Part shown: positions 42,998 to 52,623 of the stretch, piece by piece
Position numbering within the stretch: position 1 is the stretch's first letter
Layout of the letters: each line of letters starts with the position of its first letter
NCBI GenBank assembly: GCA_017420755.1
Contig: JAFQOG010000050.1
Span: 4,146 to 68,145 of the forward strand
DNA: 64,000 nt
Origin: Clostridia bacterium
GTDB taxonomy: Bacteria; Bacillota; Clostridia; Oscillospirales; CAG-272
Direction of reading: 5' to 3'
Program-made: the position numbers and the translations under genes
The notes under the pieces: generated by a model
Told to the model about the DNA's origin: nothing
The model's input: only the letters and a program-made list of their open reading frames with translations
Database searches by the model: none

Positions 42998-44290
42998 ATG
43001 AATTGGATAGAAAATGAAGCAATAAAAATCGAAAAGAAGATTATTGCCCACCATCGCTATTTGCACAAAAATGCCGAGTGTGGGTTTTCACTTGAGAAAA
43101 CATACAGCTATGTTTTCAACGTGCTAAAAGAGTTAGGTTGCCAACCGAGAAAATGCGGCACTATGGGAATTGCAACAAAAATCAGCGGAAATGGGGCAAA
43201 ATACGCCTTCACCCCTTATTCCCTCTCTATAAATTTAGACGAAAAAAACGAGCAAGAAATTACAAAATCACAGGAAAAAGATCGCCGTTTTTCCATACTT
43301 TTGCGAGCAGATATGGATGCATTACCAATGAAAGAAAAAACGAGCTTGCCATACAAAAGCGAAACCGAATGTATGCACTCATGTGGACACGACATGCACA
43401 CAGCTATGCTTCTCGGTGCTGCAGAAATACTTATCAACAACAAGGACAAATTCGCATCAGAAATAACTCTTTTATTTCAGCCGTCGGAAGAAACGCTTGA
43501 AGGAGCTAATGATATATTAAATTCTGGTGATTTAGACACGTCAACTATTGATTATGGAATTATGATACATGCCTTGACAGACACAAAATTAGACACAGGA
43601 GCCCTTATTTTGCCGCAATCCGAAACAATTGCGCCATGCGCGGACCTGTTTGAAATAGAGATTTTGGGCAAGGGTGCTCACGGAGCTATGCCTGAAAAAA
43701 CCATAGACCCTATACTTATTGGTGCTCACATTTCTCTCGCCTTAGAGGAGCTTATAACAAGAGAATTTGCAGGTGTGAACGGTACAGCACTGACAATTGG
43801 AGAATTCAATGGTGGAAACGCACCAAATGTTATACCGGAAGCATCAAAAATAAACGGGACAATCAGAACCTATGACGAAGCACGAAGAAGCTATATGAAA
43901 AAGCGAGTTGGGGAGCTCGCAAAAGCGCAGGCGGAGACCTTTAATGGCACAGCAAATGTCAGCTTTGGCGGTGGTTGCCCCACGTTCAAAAACGACATAA
44001 ATTTGTCAAAAAGCGCCCACACGTGTCTAAAAAACACATTTTCAAGTACTCGAATATGCAAAAACATTCCCGTGATTTTTGCGCCAAAAAGCGATACTCG
44101 TTCATCGCTTGCCTCGGAGGATTTTTCATATTTTTCACATAAATTCCCGTGTACAATGATTGCCTTAGCAGCCGGCAAAAGCGAGGATGGCTTTTCTCAC
44201 CCTTTGCACAGTCCAAGAGCTACATTTGATGAAAAAGCGTTATTATATGGCACGATTGCATACTGCGCCATTGGTGCAAATTTAAAATAA
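42998..44290 (+). CDS. M20D family amidohydrolase (aminoacylase / hippurate hydrolase type)
   Basis: 430 aa with MHSCGHDMHTAMLLGAA metal-binding motif, FQPSEE, and GKGAHGAMPE. An insertion of roughly 40 aa (NGAKYAF...EKDRRFS) precedes LRADMDALP. Confidence 0.8.
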   Translation: MNWIENEAIKIEKKIIAHHRYLHKNAECGFSLEKTYSYVFNVLKELGCQPRKCGTMGIATKISGNGAKYAFTPYSLSINLDEKNEQEITKSQEKDRRFSILLRADMDALPMKEKTSLPYKSETECMHSCGHDMHTAMLLGAAEILINNKDKFASEITLLFQPSEETLEGANDILNSGDLDTSTIDYGIMIHALTDTKLDTGALILPQSETIAPCADLFEIEILGKGAHGAMPEKTIDPILIGAHISLALEELITREFAGVNGTALTIGEFNGGNAPNVIPEASKINGTIRTYDEARRSYMKKRVGELAKAQAETFNGTANVSFGGGCPTFKNDINLSKSAHTCLKNTFSSTRICKNIPVIFAPKSDTRSSLASEDFSYFSHKFPCTMIALAAGKSEDGFSHPLHSPRATFDEKALLYGTIAYCAIGANLK

Positions 44291-44318
44291 AAAAGCTCGG
44301 CTTTTTGCCGAGCTTTTT
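44290..44318. terminator. bidirectional terminator between the M20 gene and rfbB
   Basis: AGCTCGGC-TTTTT-GCCGAGCT flanked by an A-run and a T-run. Confidence 0.85.
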
Positions 44319-44320
44319 AC

Positions 44321-45340
44321 TTATCTGTTTTTATACATCTTGTCATAGTAGCTTTGATATTCGCCAGAGATAATAGTTTCCCACCATTCTCTATTTTCTA
44401 AATACCATTTTATTGTCAAATCAATGCCGTCCTTGAATTTGGTTTCAGGTAGCCAGCCAAGCTCTCGATGGATTTTAGTTGGGTCGATTGCATAGCGCAT
44501 ATCGTGTCCCTTTCTATCAGCGACATAGGTAATTAAATCCTCGCTTTTACCGAGCTTTTGACAAATAAGCTTTACTATATCTATATTTGCCATTTCGTTG
44601 TGTCCGCCAACGTTGTAAACCTCGCCTACTCTGCCCTTGTGTATAATCAAATCAATCGCCTTACAATGGTCCTTTACATAGAGCCAATCGCGAACATTTT
44701 CGCCTTTTCCGTACACTGGTAGGGGTTTTTCGTTCAAAGCATTAGCAATCATCAATGGAATTAGCTTCTCCGGAAAATGGTATGGACCATAGTTGTTTGA
44801 GCATCTTGAAATGGTCACTGGCAAGCCGTATGTTCTATGGTATGCGAGCACCAAAAGGTCTGCGCCTGCCTTTGAGGAGCTATATGGACTGCTTGTATGT
44901 ATCGGTGTTTCCTCTGTAAAGAATAGCTCCGGACGATCAAGCGGTAAGTCGCCATAAACCTCATCGGTTGATACCTGATGGTAACGGTCGATTCCGTATT
45001 TTCTGCAGGCATCCATCAAAACCTGAGTGCCAAGAATATTAGTCTTCAAAAACACCTCAGGGTTGTCAATTGAACGGTCAACATGACTCTCTGCTGCAAA
45101 ATTCACTACAATATTGGGCTTTTCGTCCTCAAATATCTTGTATATTTCCTCACGGTCGCAAATATTTGTCTTATAAAACTTGAAATTAGGGTTTTCAAGC
45201 GCGCCTTCAAGGGTCGAAAGGTTGCCTGCATAGGTTAAGCAGTCAACGCAAACTATCTTGTAATCACTATATTTTTCAAGCATATGATAAACAAAGTTTG
45301 AGCCAATAAATCCCGCCCCACCTGTCACAATGATAGTCAT
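44321..45340 (-). CDS. rfbB: dTDP-glucose 4,6-dehydratase
   Basis: 339 aa with GGAGFIGSN, the YSSSK catalytic motif, and an overall RmlB character. Confidence 0.93.
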   Translation of the reverse strand: MTIIVTGGAGFIGSNFVYHMLEKYSDYKIVCVDCLTYAGNLSTLEGALENPNFKFYKTNICDREEIYKIFEDEKPNIVVNFAAESHVDRSIDNPEVFLKTNILGTQVLMDACRKYGIDRYHQVSTDEVYGDLPLDRPELFFTEETPIHTSSPYSSSKAGADLLVLAYHRTYGLPVTISRCSNNYGPYHFPEKLIPLMIANALNEKPLPVYGKGENVRDWLYVKDHCKAIDLIIHKGRVGEVYNVGGHNEMANIDIVKLICQKLGKSEDLITYVADRKGHDMRYAIDPTKIHRELGWLPETKFKDGIDLTIKWYLENREWWETIISGEYQSYYDKMYKNR

Positions 45341-45341
45341 A

Positions 45342-46214
45342 TTATCTTCCTTCCTTTGCTAATGATATTAAGTATTGTCCGTAATCGGTTGTCTTTAGCT
45401 TTTCGCCAATGGTAAGAAGCTGTTCAGTTGAAATAAAGCCACGGCGCCATGCAATCTCCTCAATGCATGAAACATAAAAGCCTTGACAATCTTGTACCGT
45501 CTTTACAAATTCAGAAGCCTTTAGCATTCCCTCTGGAGTACCTGTATCAAGCCAAGCCATGCCTCTGCCAAGAAGTGCCACGTTTAATTCACCCATTTCA
45601 AGATAAGCATTGTTTACAGCGGTAATTTCAATTTCACCACGAGCTGATGGTTTAACATTTTTTGCAATTTCCACTACTCTATTATCATAGAAATAGAGGC
45701 CTGGAACCGCATATTTGGATTTTGGATTTTCCGGCTTTTCCTCAATGGATACAACCTTGTGGTTTTTGTCAAATTCAACAACACCAAAAGCACGCGGATC
45801 CTTAACCGGATATCCAAAAATAGTCGCCCCTGTGTCGTTTTTCATAGCATCTCTCAAAATTTTTGTCAAATTTGGACCATAGAAAACATTGTCGCCAAGA
45901 ATCAAGCAAACGCTATCATTTCCTATAAATTCCTCGCCAAGAATAAAGGCATCAGCCAAGCCCCTTGGGCTTTCTTGCACTTTGTACGAAATATTGATGC
46001 CTATCTCCTCGCCTGTGCCAAGAAGCTTTTCATAAACAGGAGTGTCCTCAGGAGTGGAAATTATCAAAACGTCTTTAATCCCTGCAAGTAATAAAATTGA
46101 TAGTGGGTAATAAACAAGCGGTTTATCATATATAGGCAAAAGCTGCTTTGAAACCGCCTTTGTCATAGGGTAAAGTCTTGTTCCCTTTCCACCTGCTAAA
46201 ATAATGCCTTTCAT
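45342..46214 (-). CDS. rfbA: glucose-1-phosphate thymidylyltransferase
   Basis: 290 aa. [18 protein letters not shown] and the following sequence are typical of RmlA. Confidence 0.95.
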   Translation of the reverse strand: MKGIILAGGKGTRLYPMTKAVSKQLLPIYDKPLVYYPLSILLLAGIKDVLIISTPEDTPVYEKLLGTGEEIGINISYKVQESPRGLADAFILGEEFIGNDSVCLILGDNVFYGPNLTKILRDAMKNDTGATIFGYPVKDPRAFGVVEFDKNHKVVSIEEKPENPKSKYAVPGLYFYDNRVVEIAKNVKPSARGEIEITAVNNAYLEMGELNVALLGRGMAWLDTGTPEGMLKASEFVKTVQDCQGFYVSCIEEIAWRRGFISTEQLLTIGEKLKTTDYGQYLISLAKEGR

Positions 46215-46223
46215 ATGTACTCC

Positions 46224-47324
46224 TTAATTAAGAATTATATCACAAATTTTGTCAACATCTTCAATCGTTAAATCTGCATAAAGCGGCAAGGTCAATACTC
46301 TATTTGCTATGTGCTTCGCCACCGGCGTTTTTTCTTCCCCTGCCGTTTCTAAATTTTTGTAGCATTCAAATCCGTTAATTAGCGGATAGAAATACTTTCT
46401 TGCTATTATATCGTTTGCCTTTAGCTTTTCAAAAATCTCATCGCGAGTATATTTGTATCCGTCAAATACTACTGGGAAATATGCGTAGTTCGTTTCTACG
46501 TTTTCCTGAATTGGGCAAAGAATTATTCCATTTGTGTTACCAAGTCTTTCACGGTAACGAGCAACCGCTCGTCCTCTTTTCGCAATTTCCTCGTCTATAT
46601 GACGAAGATTGCAAATTCCCATTGCCGCTTGGAATTCGTTCATTTTAGCATTACCAGAAACGTAAATGCCCTCCTCGGGTGTGTGCAGTCCGAAATTCTT
46701 CATATCGGTTAAAACCACCTCAAGAGAGCTATCATTATATGTAACTGCACCGCCCTCGATGGTGTTGAACACCTTTGTTGCGTGAAAGCTGAACATAGAT
46801 GCATCTCCAAAGTTAGCTGATGAAACGCCCTTATATTTCACGCCAAATGCGTGCGCGGAATCATAAATAACCTTTAAATTATGCTTTTTTGCAATAGCAT
46901 CAATCATTTCAACATCGCACATATTTCCATATACGTGTACAGGCACAATAGCTACTGTTTTATCAGTAATAAGCGATTCAATTTTTGTTACATCAATGGT
47001 ATAATCTATTGGATTTATATCGCAAAATACAGGAACAAGCCCATTTCTTGCTATTGCATGGGTGGTTGAGGCAAAGGTAAATGGTGTTGTAATAACCTCA
47101 CTGCCCTTTGGAAAATTCATCGCCTCAATCACAATTTCAAGCGCTAAGTGCCCGTTTGTAAAAAGCGTAACGCCTTTTGTGTTTAGATATTTTTTCAAAT
47201 CAGCCTCAAGCTGCTTGTGCTTTGCACCATTGTTGGTCAGCCAACGCGAGTCCCAAAGCTCCTTTATTTCCTCGCAATACTCCTCATAATTTGGCATTGA
47301 CGAGCGTGTTACGTTAATTGACAT
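46224..47324 (-). CDS. DegT/DnrJ/EryC1/StrS family sugar aminotransferase (likely acts on dTDP-4-keto-6-deoxyhexose)
   Basis: 366 aa. The PLP-Lys motif is SFHATKVFNTIEGG. It is adjacent to rfbA and rfbB. No 3,4-isomerase was seen in the locus. Confidence 0.85.
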   Translation of the reverse strand: MSINVTRSSMPNYEEYCEEIKELWDSRWLTNNGAKHKQLEADLKKYLNTKGVTLFTNGHLALEIVIEAMNFPKGSEVITTPFTFASTTHAIARNGLVPVFCDINPIDYTIDVTKIESLITDKTVAIVPVHVYGNMCDVEMIDAIAKKHNLKVIYDSAHAFGVKYKGVSSANFGDASMFSFHATKVFNTIEGGAVTYNDSSLEVVLTDMKNFGLHTPEEGIYVSGNAKMNEFQAAMGICNLRHIDEEIAKRGRAVARYRERLGNTNGIILCPIQENVETNYAYFPVVFDGYKYTRDEIFEKLKANDIIARKYFYPLINGFECYKNLETAGEEKTPVAKHIANRVLTLPLYADLTIEDVDKICDIILN

Positions 47325-47343
47325 AATTTTCTCGTTAATTTAA

Positions 47344-48372
47344 TTATAAATTTAATTCTTTCATTATTTCATCAAGCTCTTGCTTAAAGCCTTTTTTAGT
47401 TGCGACTTGCCACACAAACTGACCTCTTGAGTTTCCTTCAACCATAACCCAACCGTCGTTGGTTAACGCGACGTCCCATCCAGTATATCTGTTCATCGGT
47501 ATAATCTGTGCTAATTCCTTGACCAGCTCAATCGCTTCGTTCCATCGAGGGATTTTAAACCCTATCAAATCATATTCAGTTTCAGGATGCTTTGTATATG
47601 ATTTCCCTTTTTCATCAGCTGCAGCTATGGTAATACCTGTTTGAGCATCAACCGCAACAATAATTCCTCCCGATCCTGCGTTATCGACAACCGAGTCCCC
47701 TCTGCCGACTCTTAAAAACGGATGTATAACCTCCACTCTATCATCAAAACGAATTGTAGGTATCCTTACAGTGTTGCAGGATTGAGGATGGAATTTGGCC
47801 ATTTCATCGACTTGAACAATAAGCTGCTCAGCCAAAAAACCATTCTTTCTTTTTTCTAATAGCTCGTAAAATGTTTCTTTTATACTTTTTTGTATGGTTA
47901 CGATCTCAACGCCTCTTCCAAAGCATGAATCCACAGGCTTTACGATAAAGCGGTTGTGCTTAGCGCAAAATTTTTCAAAAGCATCAAAGCTTTTTTCGTT
48001 TGTTACAGAACAAACATCTCGTTTGAAATATCTTTCAAAATATTGCAATGTTTTTTCTTTATCATCAAATATTTCAAGATTCCCATTTTGGTTCATTTTC
48101 TTTGCAGTTTCAGATCTCTGCCAATCCGAAACAAATTCCAAACGTTGCTCCATAGTCAAATCTTTAAAGCCTAAATAGCAAAACTCATCATATCCATAAA
48201 AATACTCTTTGTTTAAAAAGATCATTTCTTTTACTAATTTTCTTTTTTCTTTGTTCCCAATCTCGTTTCCATAAAACTTATTAATAGCATTTTTCGCTTT
48301 TTTTACATTTCTACGATGATCTACTATTTTTTTCAAAAAAGTTTTTCTTAAAATCTTTTTAACAACAGACAT
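47344..48372 (-). CDS. sugar-transfer-associated ATP-grasp protein (ATPgrasp_ST-like)
   Basis: 342 aa. FIVKPVDSCFGRGV and VDNAGSGGIIVAVDAQTG match my recollection of the PF14397-type family. Confidence 0.7.
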   Translation of the reverse strand: MSVVKKILRKTFLKKIVDHRRNVKKAKNAINKFYGNEIGNKEKRKLVKEMIFLNKEYFYGYDEFCYLGFKDLTMEQRLEFVSDWQRSETAKKMNQNGNLEIFDDKEKTLQYFERYFKRDVCSVTNEKSFDAFEKFCAKHNRFIVKPVDSCFGRGVEIVTIQKSIKETFYELLEKRKNGFLAEQLIVQVDEMAKFHPQSCNTVRIPTIRFDDRVEVIHPFLRVGRGDSVVDNAGSGGIIVAVDAQTGITIAAADEKGKSYTKHPETEYDLIGFKIPRWNEAIELVKELAQIIPMNRYTGWDVALTNDGWVMVEGNSRGQFVWQVATKKGFKQELDEIMKELNL

Positions 48373-48474
48373 AATAAGATCCTTTTCTTCCTAAACGTTA
48401 CTCCTTATGAAAAGCAACATTTTTCATTTATTTTAAAGATTATATATCGTATATTTCGTGTTTTATTTTCGCAA

Positions 48475-49782
48475 TTATAAAACCAACGGCCATAGCAACG
48501 GAACCAACACAAGCAACATAATCATCGATATCAACGTCATTGGTCCTGCATACTTTAAATAATCGCTGAATTTATAGTTTGCAACCATTGACATACCTAT
48601 TGTTGTATTAGCCAAAGGAGTAGCAACGGCCATAGCCGCGGCTATTGTCAAGCCAATTGCAAACGCATATGTATTGTAGCCCATTTCCGCGGTTATAGAG
48701 AAAACAACCGGCAAAATGATTGTTAAAACCGTAGAGTTCGAAAGGAACTGCGTTAAAACGATAACCAAAACAAGGAAGGCAAAATACAACCAGAATGCAG
48801 GAATATTAGAACCAAACAATCCTATAAACCACTTAGCAAGCAATTCACCGCCGCCGCTTGAATTTAAGCCTGCGGCTATTCCAAGACAAGCACAGAACCA
48901 AATTGCCAAATTCCAGTTGATGCTTTTAAGCGCATCCTTGTGAGAAATACAACCGGTCAAAACACACACGAGTGCGGAAATAAGCGCAACCGTTCCCACG
49001 TTAAATGCAGGTATTGACTTTTTAATAGTGTCCGCCAAAACAAACAATATAAGTGTTGCGATGAATATAACCGCCATAATTATCATCTTGCTTTTCTTAT
49101 ATTCTGTCTTTTCTGCTGCTTTTTTATCGATAGGAACCTCTGTATAATCTTCACGTTTTCCCCAAATCTTTTTGCCAAGAGGATATCCGATAAAGCCTGC
49201 ATATAAAACCAACACCGCTATTATTATAAATCCGGGAATCGAGAAGGAAAAGAATCCAAAGCCCTTTCCCGCGCCTAAATATTCTTCCAAAAGTCCGTTA
49301 GCCGTCAGCTGTGTGGTTGAGCCAACCAATGTTGCCGCGCCGCCAATTACCGCCGCCATTGAAACAGGCATAATAACGTTTTTAAATCTCACCTTTTCAT
49401 TTGACGAGGCAATACCCGTTAAAATGGAAATCATAATCGCAAGCGTTGCAATATTTGAAAGAAATGCCGATATAATAGCCGTTATTGCCGTACTGAGAAT
49501 AACAACAAGTCTTTCGTTTCCGCGCGCCAACTTGATTACCGAGTTTCCTACCAGCTGCGCCAAGCCCGTGTTAAAGGTTGCTTGTCCGACAACCATCATT
49601 GCGCAAATTAAAACAATTGTGCTGCTCCCGAAATTTTTAAATCCGTCGCTAAACGATACCACGTTTGTTAGCATCATTGCGGCAAGTCCAAGTAGCGCCA
49701 CAACGGCCGTCGGAAGCTTGTTCCAAATGAATAGAACAACAACGACCGCAAATATAATCAAGCTTGTAATCGCCGGACTCAT
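48475..49782 (-). CDS. SLC13/DASS- or CitMHS-like anion permease (ArsB/NhaD superfamily)
   Basis: 435-aa polytopic membrane protein with a central charged loop (KREDYTEVPIDKKAAEKTEYKKSK). The start forms an ATGA overlap with the upstream ATP-grasp stop. Confidence 0.65.
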   Translation of the reverse strand: MSPAITSLIIFAVVVVLFIWNKLPTAVVALLGLAAMMLTNVVSFSDGFKNFGSSTIVLICAMMVVGQATFNTGLAQLVGNSVIKLARGNERLVVILSTAITAIISAFLSNIATLAIMISILTGIASSNEKVRFKNVIMPVSMAAVIGGAATLVGSTTQLTANGLLEEYLGAGKGFGFFSFSIPGFIIIAVLVLYAGFIGYPLGKKIWGKREDYTEVPIDKKAAEKTEYKKSKMIIMAVIFIATLILFVLADTIKKSIPAFNVGTVALISALVCVLTGCISHKDALKSINWNLAIWFCACLGIAAGLNSSGGGELLAKWFIGLFGSNIPAFWLYFAFLVLVIVLTQFLSNSTVLTIILPVVFSITAEMGYNTYAFAIGLTIAAAMAVATPLANTTIGMSMVANYKFSDYLKYAGPMTLISMIMLLVLVPLLWPLVL

Positions 49783-51071
49783 TGATTTTCACCATACCTT
49801 TCAAATAGTCTTCTCACGTCAAAATCTTTATATTTCATACTTTTGCCGTTTTCATCTAAAACGTCGACCGCGTTTTGAATGGATTTAATCGCTTCAGCAA
49901 CTTCTTTAATATTTCCGCTTCGAATGACAGCCCTAAAGCCTCTTTGCGACAACGTGTTGTTGTCAACAATTTTTTCTCCAACATCATGCATATATTCCGC
50001 CGACTTTACACATTTCAAAGCCAAAGCATCTTCAAGTCCGAATTGCTTTGATATAGTTCCTCCGTGAAGCCATATGTTATAATTCAACATATATTCGGGA
50101 AACTCGGCATTATCCTTGCTAAGATCACCGCAGCCCATTTCACCGGTAACAGCATGATAAAGCATCATTTTCATAAAATTGATTCCGTTAATTTCCTCAA
50201 TCAAGCGGTAATCGTGTGCTCCGTTTGGACGGTATCCGCATTCAAAAAGCACGATTCGTTCTTTTGTCGCCACACCTTGGAAAAATACTGTTCCGTCAGT
50301 CGCCTTCATACCCTTAAGCATCGAAACGACGTTTGGATTGATTTCTCTTTGATACATCGGCAAATAACACGACGGGCAAACCAACACATCTCCTTGAGAG
50401 GTTATGTTTTCATGATCCTCGGAAATAAGCTTATCTCTAAAGCAGGATAGTGATATTTCTCCGTTTTTCATTGTATAAGTAGCCGTTATCTCATCGCCTA
50501 CTACATATTCTTCAACCAAAACATTTTTGCCGGGCGATACGGAAAGAGCATATTCGTAAGCTTCATGCAATTCTTCTTTTGTTCTGCAAATACGAACGCC
50601 ACGTCCACCGCTGCTGTCAACAGGCTTAACTATAACCGGGAACTCAACCTTAGTTACGTCTATATCATTATTTGTAATTGCATCTTTATAATCCTTTGGA
50701 ACGGACACTCCATACTCTCGGCATACTTCCTTGAAAAACTTTTTGTCCAAGGACATATGTATCTGCTCCTTAGATGCATAAAACGGCAAATTCAAGCGAT
50801 CACAAATTTCTCTTGCGTACGGAAGCATAGAATCGATAAACGCTGTAAAAATTCCATCCACCTTTTCTTTTTTACAAAACTCCACAACCGCATCAACGTC
50901 GGTTGTGCTGATTAAGTGAGCCTCATCAGCCACCTTTTTTGCGGGAGAATCGGGCAAATAATCAATAACTATCGTATAAATTTCCATTTCCTTTGCTATT
51001 TTAACAGGCTCACATAGAGCGCGTATAGCTCCTAAAAACAGCAGACGTTTTCCTTTTACTTCTTCGTACAT
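49779..51071 (-). CDS. ATP-grasp domain ligase (carboxylate-amine ligase type)
   Basis: 430 aa with a pre-ATP-grasp Rossmann region (KRLLFLGA). FPVIVKPVDSSGGRGV and the LVEEYV motif are present. Confidence 0.8.
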   Translation of the reverse strand: MYEEVKGKRLLFLGAIRALCEPVKIAKEMEIYTIVIDYLPDSPAKKVADEAHLISTTDVDAVVEFCKKEKVDGIFTAFIDSMLPYAREICDRLNLPFYASKEQIHMSLDKKFFKEVCREYGVSVPKDYKDAITNNDIDVTKVEFPVIVKPVDSSGGRGVRICRTKEELHEAYEYALSVSPGKNVLVEEYVVGDEITATYTMKNGEISLSCFRDKLISEDHENITSQGDVLVCPSCYLPMYQREINPNVVSMLKGMKATDGTVFFQGVATKERIVLFECGYRPNGAHDYRLIEEINGINFMKMMLYHAVTGEMGCGDLSKDNAEFPEYMLNYNIWLHGGTISKQFGLEDALALKCVKSAEYMHDVGEKIVDNNTLSQRGFRAVIRSGNIKEVAEAIKSIQNAVDVLDENGKSMKYKDFDVRRLFERYGENQ

Positions 51072-51131
51072 TTATTTCTCCTTAAGTTTAATACAGTGTT
51101 TTTAACCACAGCTTTTTTCTTTGAATTTCGT

Positions 51132-51666
51132 TTAAAATCCCAAGCCTAGTATATCATCTGAGCATTCATCTTTTAAAACACCCATAATAACCATGCTAAT
51201 ATATTTCCCATTTTTATAATTGGATTCTCTTTTTATCCCTTCCTTCGAGAAACCAATTTTTTCGTAAAGCTTAATTGCCGGAATATTGTTTTCAAGAACA
51301 CCAAGCTCTATTCTGCGCAAATTCAAATTATTAAACGCATGAGAGAGCATATGCTTAACAGCAAATGTGCCTATTCCTTTTCCGTGATTTTTAGAGTCCC
51401 CTATCATAATGTGAAGCTCGGCTGTACGATTTATATAGTTAATATTTAACAAGCTTATTAAGCCTAAAATCTCTTCTTCATGCTCTGTATCATAAATTAC
51501 GCAACGAACCGAATTGTTTCTAGAGCCCAAATACTTATCAGTCAATATCAACATCCTCGTTAATAAAACGATATGGTGCGCCAAGACACGCTATCAAATT
51601 TGAATCGTTTCGCCATTTGTTAATTTTCTTTACATCTTCTCTTTCAAGTTCTCTCAATCTAAGCAT
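51132..51666 (-). pseudogene. GNAT N-acetyltransferase interrupted by a frameshift
   Basis: Frame A (51538-51666) reads MLRLRELEREDVKKINKWRNDSNLIACLGAPYRFINEDVDID*. Frame B (51132-~51545) continues TDKYLGSRNNSVRCVIYD...HGKGIGT...KLYEKIGF. The track ORF start at 51584 is a TTG artefact. Confidence 0.7.
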
Positions 51667-52604
51667 TTTAGTAAGTCCTCCACCATTCTTTGCATATCCT
51701 CTATACCGTACCGTTGGTCACACGGCAAAGGCAAAATGTTTTCTGCATAATCCTTTTCCAAAGAACCATGCATTGTTAGTACATTTGGCCAAAGGGTTGG
51801 TACATAAATTTTCTTTTCAGCAAGCTTCTTTTTTATCTCCATCCCATTTTTACAGTAAAACGGATATGCGTACGGACCTATTGGCGTTTTTAACTTTAGC
51901 TTATTTTTATCACCGAGGGCTTTGTGCAAATATTCAAAATTTTCTTCTCTTTTTTGACAAATCGAGTCGTAGTCGGCAGCTTTCAAAAGATTGTGTGTCA
52001 GTTTAGACATTTCCATTAGAGGCAAATCCTTAAAGCTTCTATCATTGGATTTAAAGGCAGCGTAATAGTCGCTTGCATTTTCTCCTTCGTATCTTCCCAA
52101 AACGTGAGTCATTCTGTCTTTAGAGGCATCTTGGGAAAGAGCATTTTTTAAAAAGGTCGTACAATAAACGTATCCGCCGTCAGGAACTCCGAAAAACTTG
52201 CGACAAGAATATACAGTATCTATCCCCGCTATCGGCATTTCAAAAAACGCCTGTACATTATCGACTATAATGCTTTTATAGCGCCTTTTCAGCTCCGCTA
52301 TTCTGTCTTTTCCGATTTGACCGTAATAGTTTACAACATATAAATATTCGTTTTCTTCAAGGCTATCTTCAAAAATTGGCATAAAGTTTTCATCTATATG
52401 ATAATAACCAAATTCATAGCCTTCTCTTTTGCACATATCGGATACGGAATCACACAAAAAATACGGTATATATATTTTTCCAACATGTTTAGCTTCTAAT
52501 ATATATAACAAGGCGTTTCTTGCATTGTTCACCGCTACCGCATCCTTATGATATTCCTCGCCTTCAAATTCTTCAAGACCGAAATATCCACCTATTTCTT
52601 TCAT
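51654..52604 (-). CDS. short DegT-like PLP-dependent aminotransferase family protein
   Basis: 316 aa. The N-terminus NARNALLYILEAK and the YSCRKFFGVPDGGYV motif (candidate PLP Lys) resemble the fold-type-I sugar aminotransferase family. Confidence 0.55.
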   Translation of the reverse strand: MKEIGGYFGLEEFEGEEYHKDAVAVNNARNALLYILEAKHVGKIYIPYFLCDSVSDMCKREGYEFGYYHIDENFMPIFEDSLEENEYLYVVNYYGQIGKDRIAELKRRYKSIIVDNVQAFFEMPIAGIDTVYSCRKFFGVPDGGYVYCTTFLKNALSQDASKDRMTHVLGRYEGENASDYYAAFKSNDRSFKDLPLMEMSKLTHNLLKAADYDSICQKREENFEYLHKALGDKNKLKLKTPIGPYAYPFYCKNGMEIKKKLAEKKIYVPTLWPNVLTMHGSLEKDYAENILPLPCDQRYGIEDMQRMVEDLLKCLD

Positions 52605-52623
52605 GCAAGCCTCCTTCTTGAAG

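Noticed and set aside
49172-49888. 238-aa plus-strand ORF opposite the SLC13-like permease. Similar antisense ORFs lie at 54077-54562, 16633-17058, 50064-50450 and 51617-52006.
   Set aside because: They are shadow ORFs antisense to genes with clear family signatures. Several start with non-ATG codons, and they straddle gene boundaries of the opposite strand.
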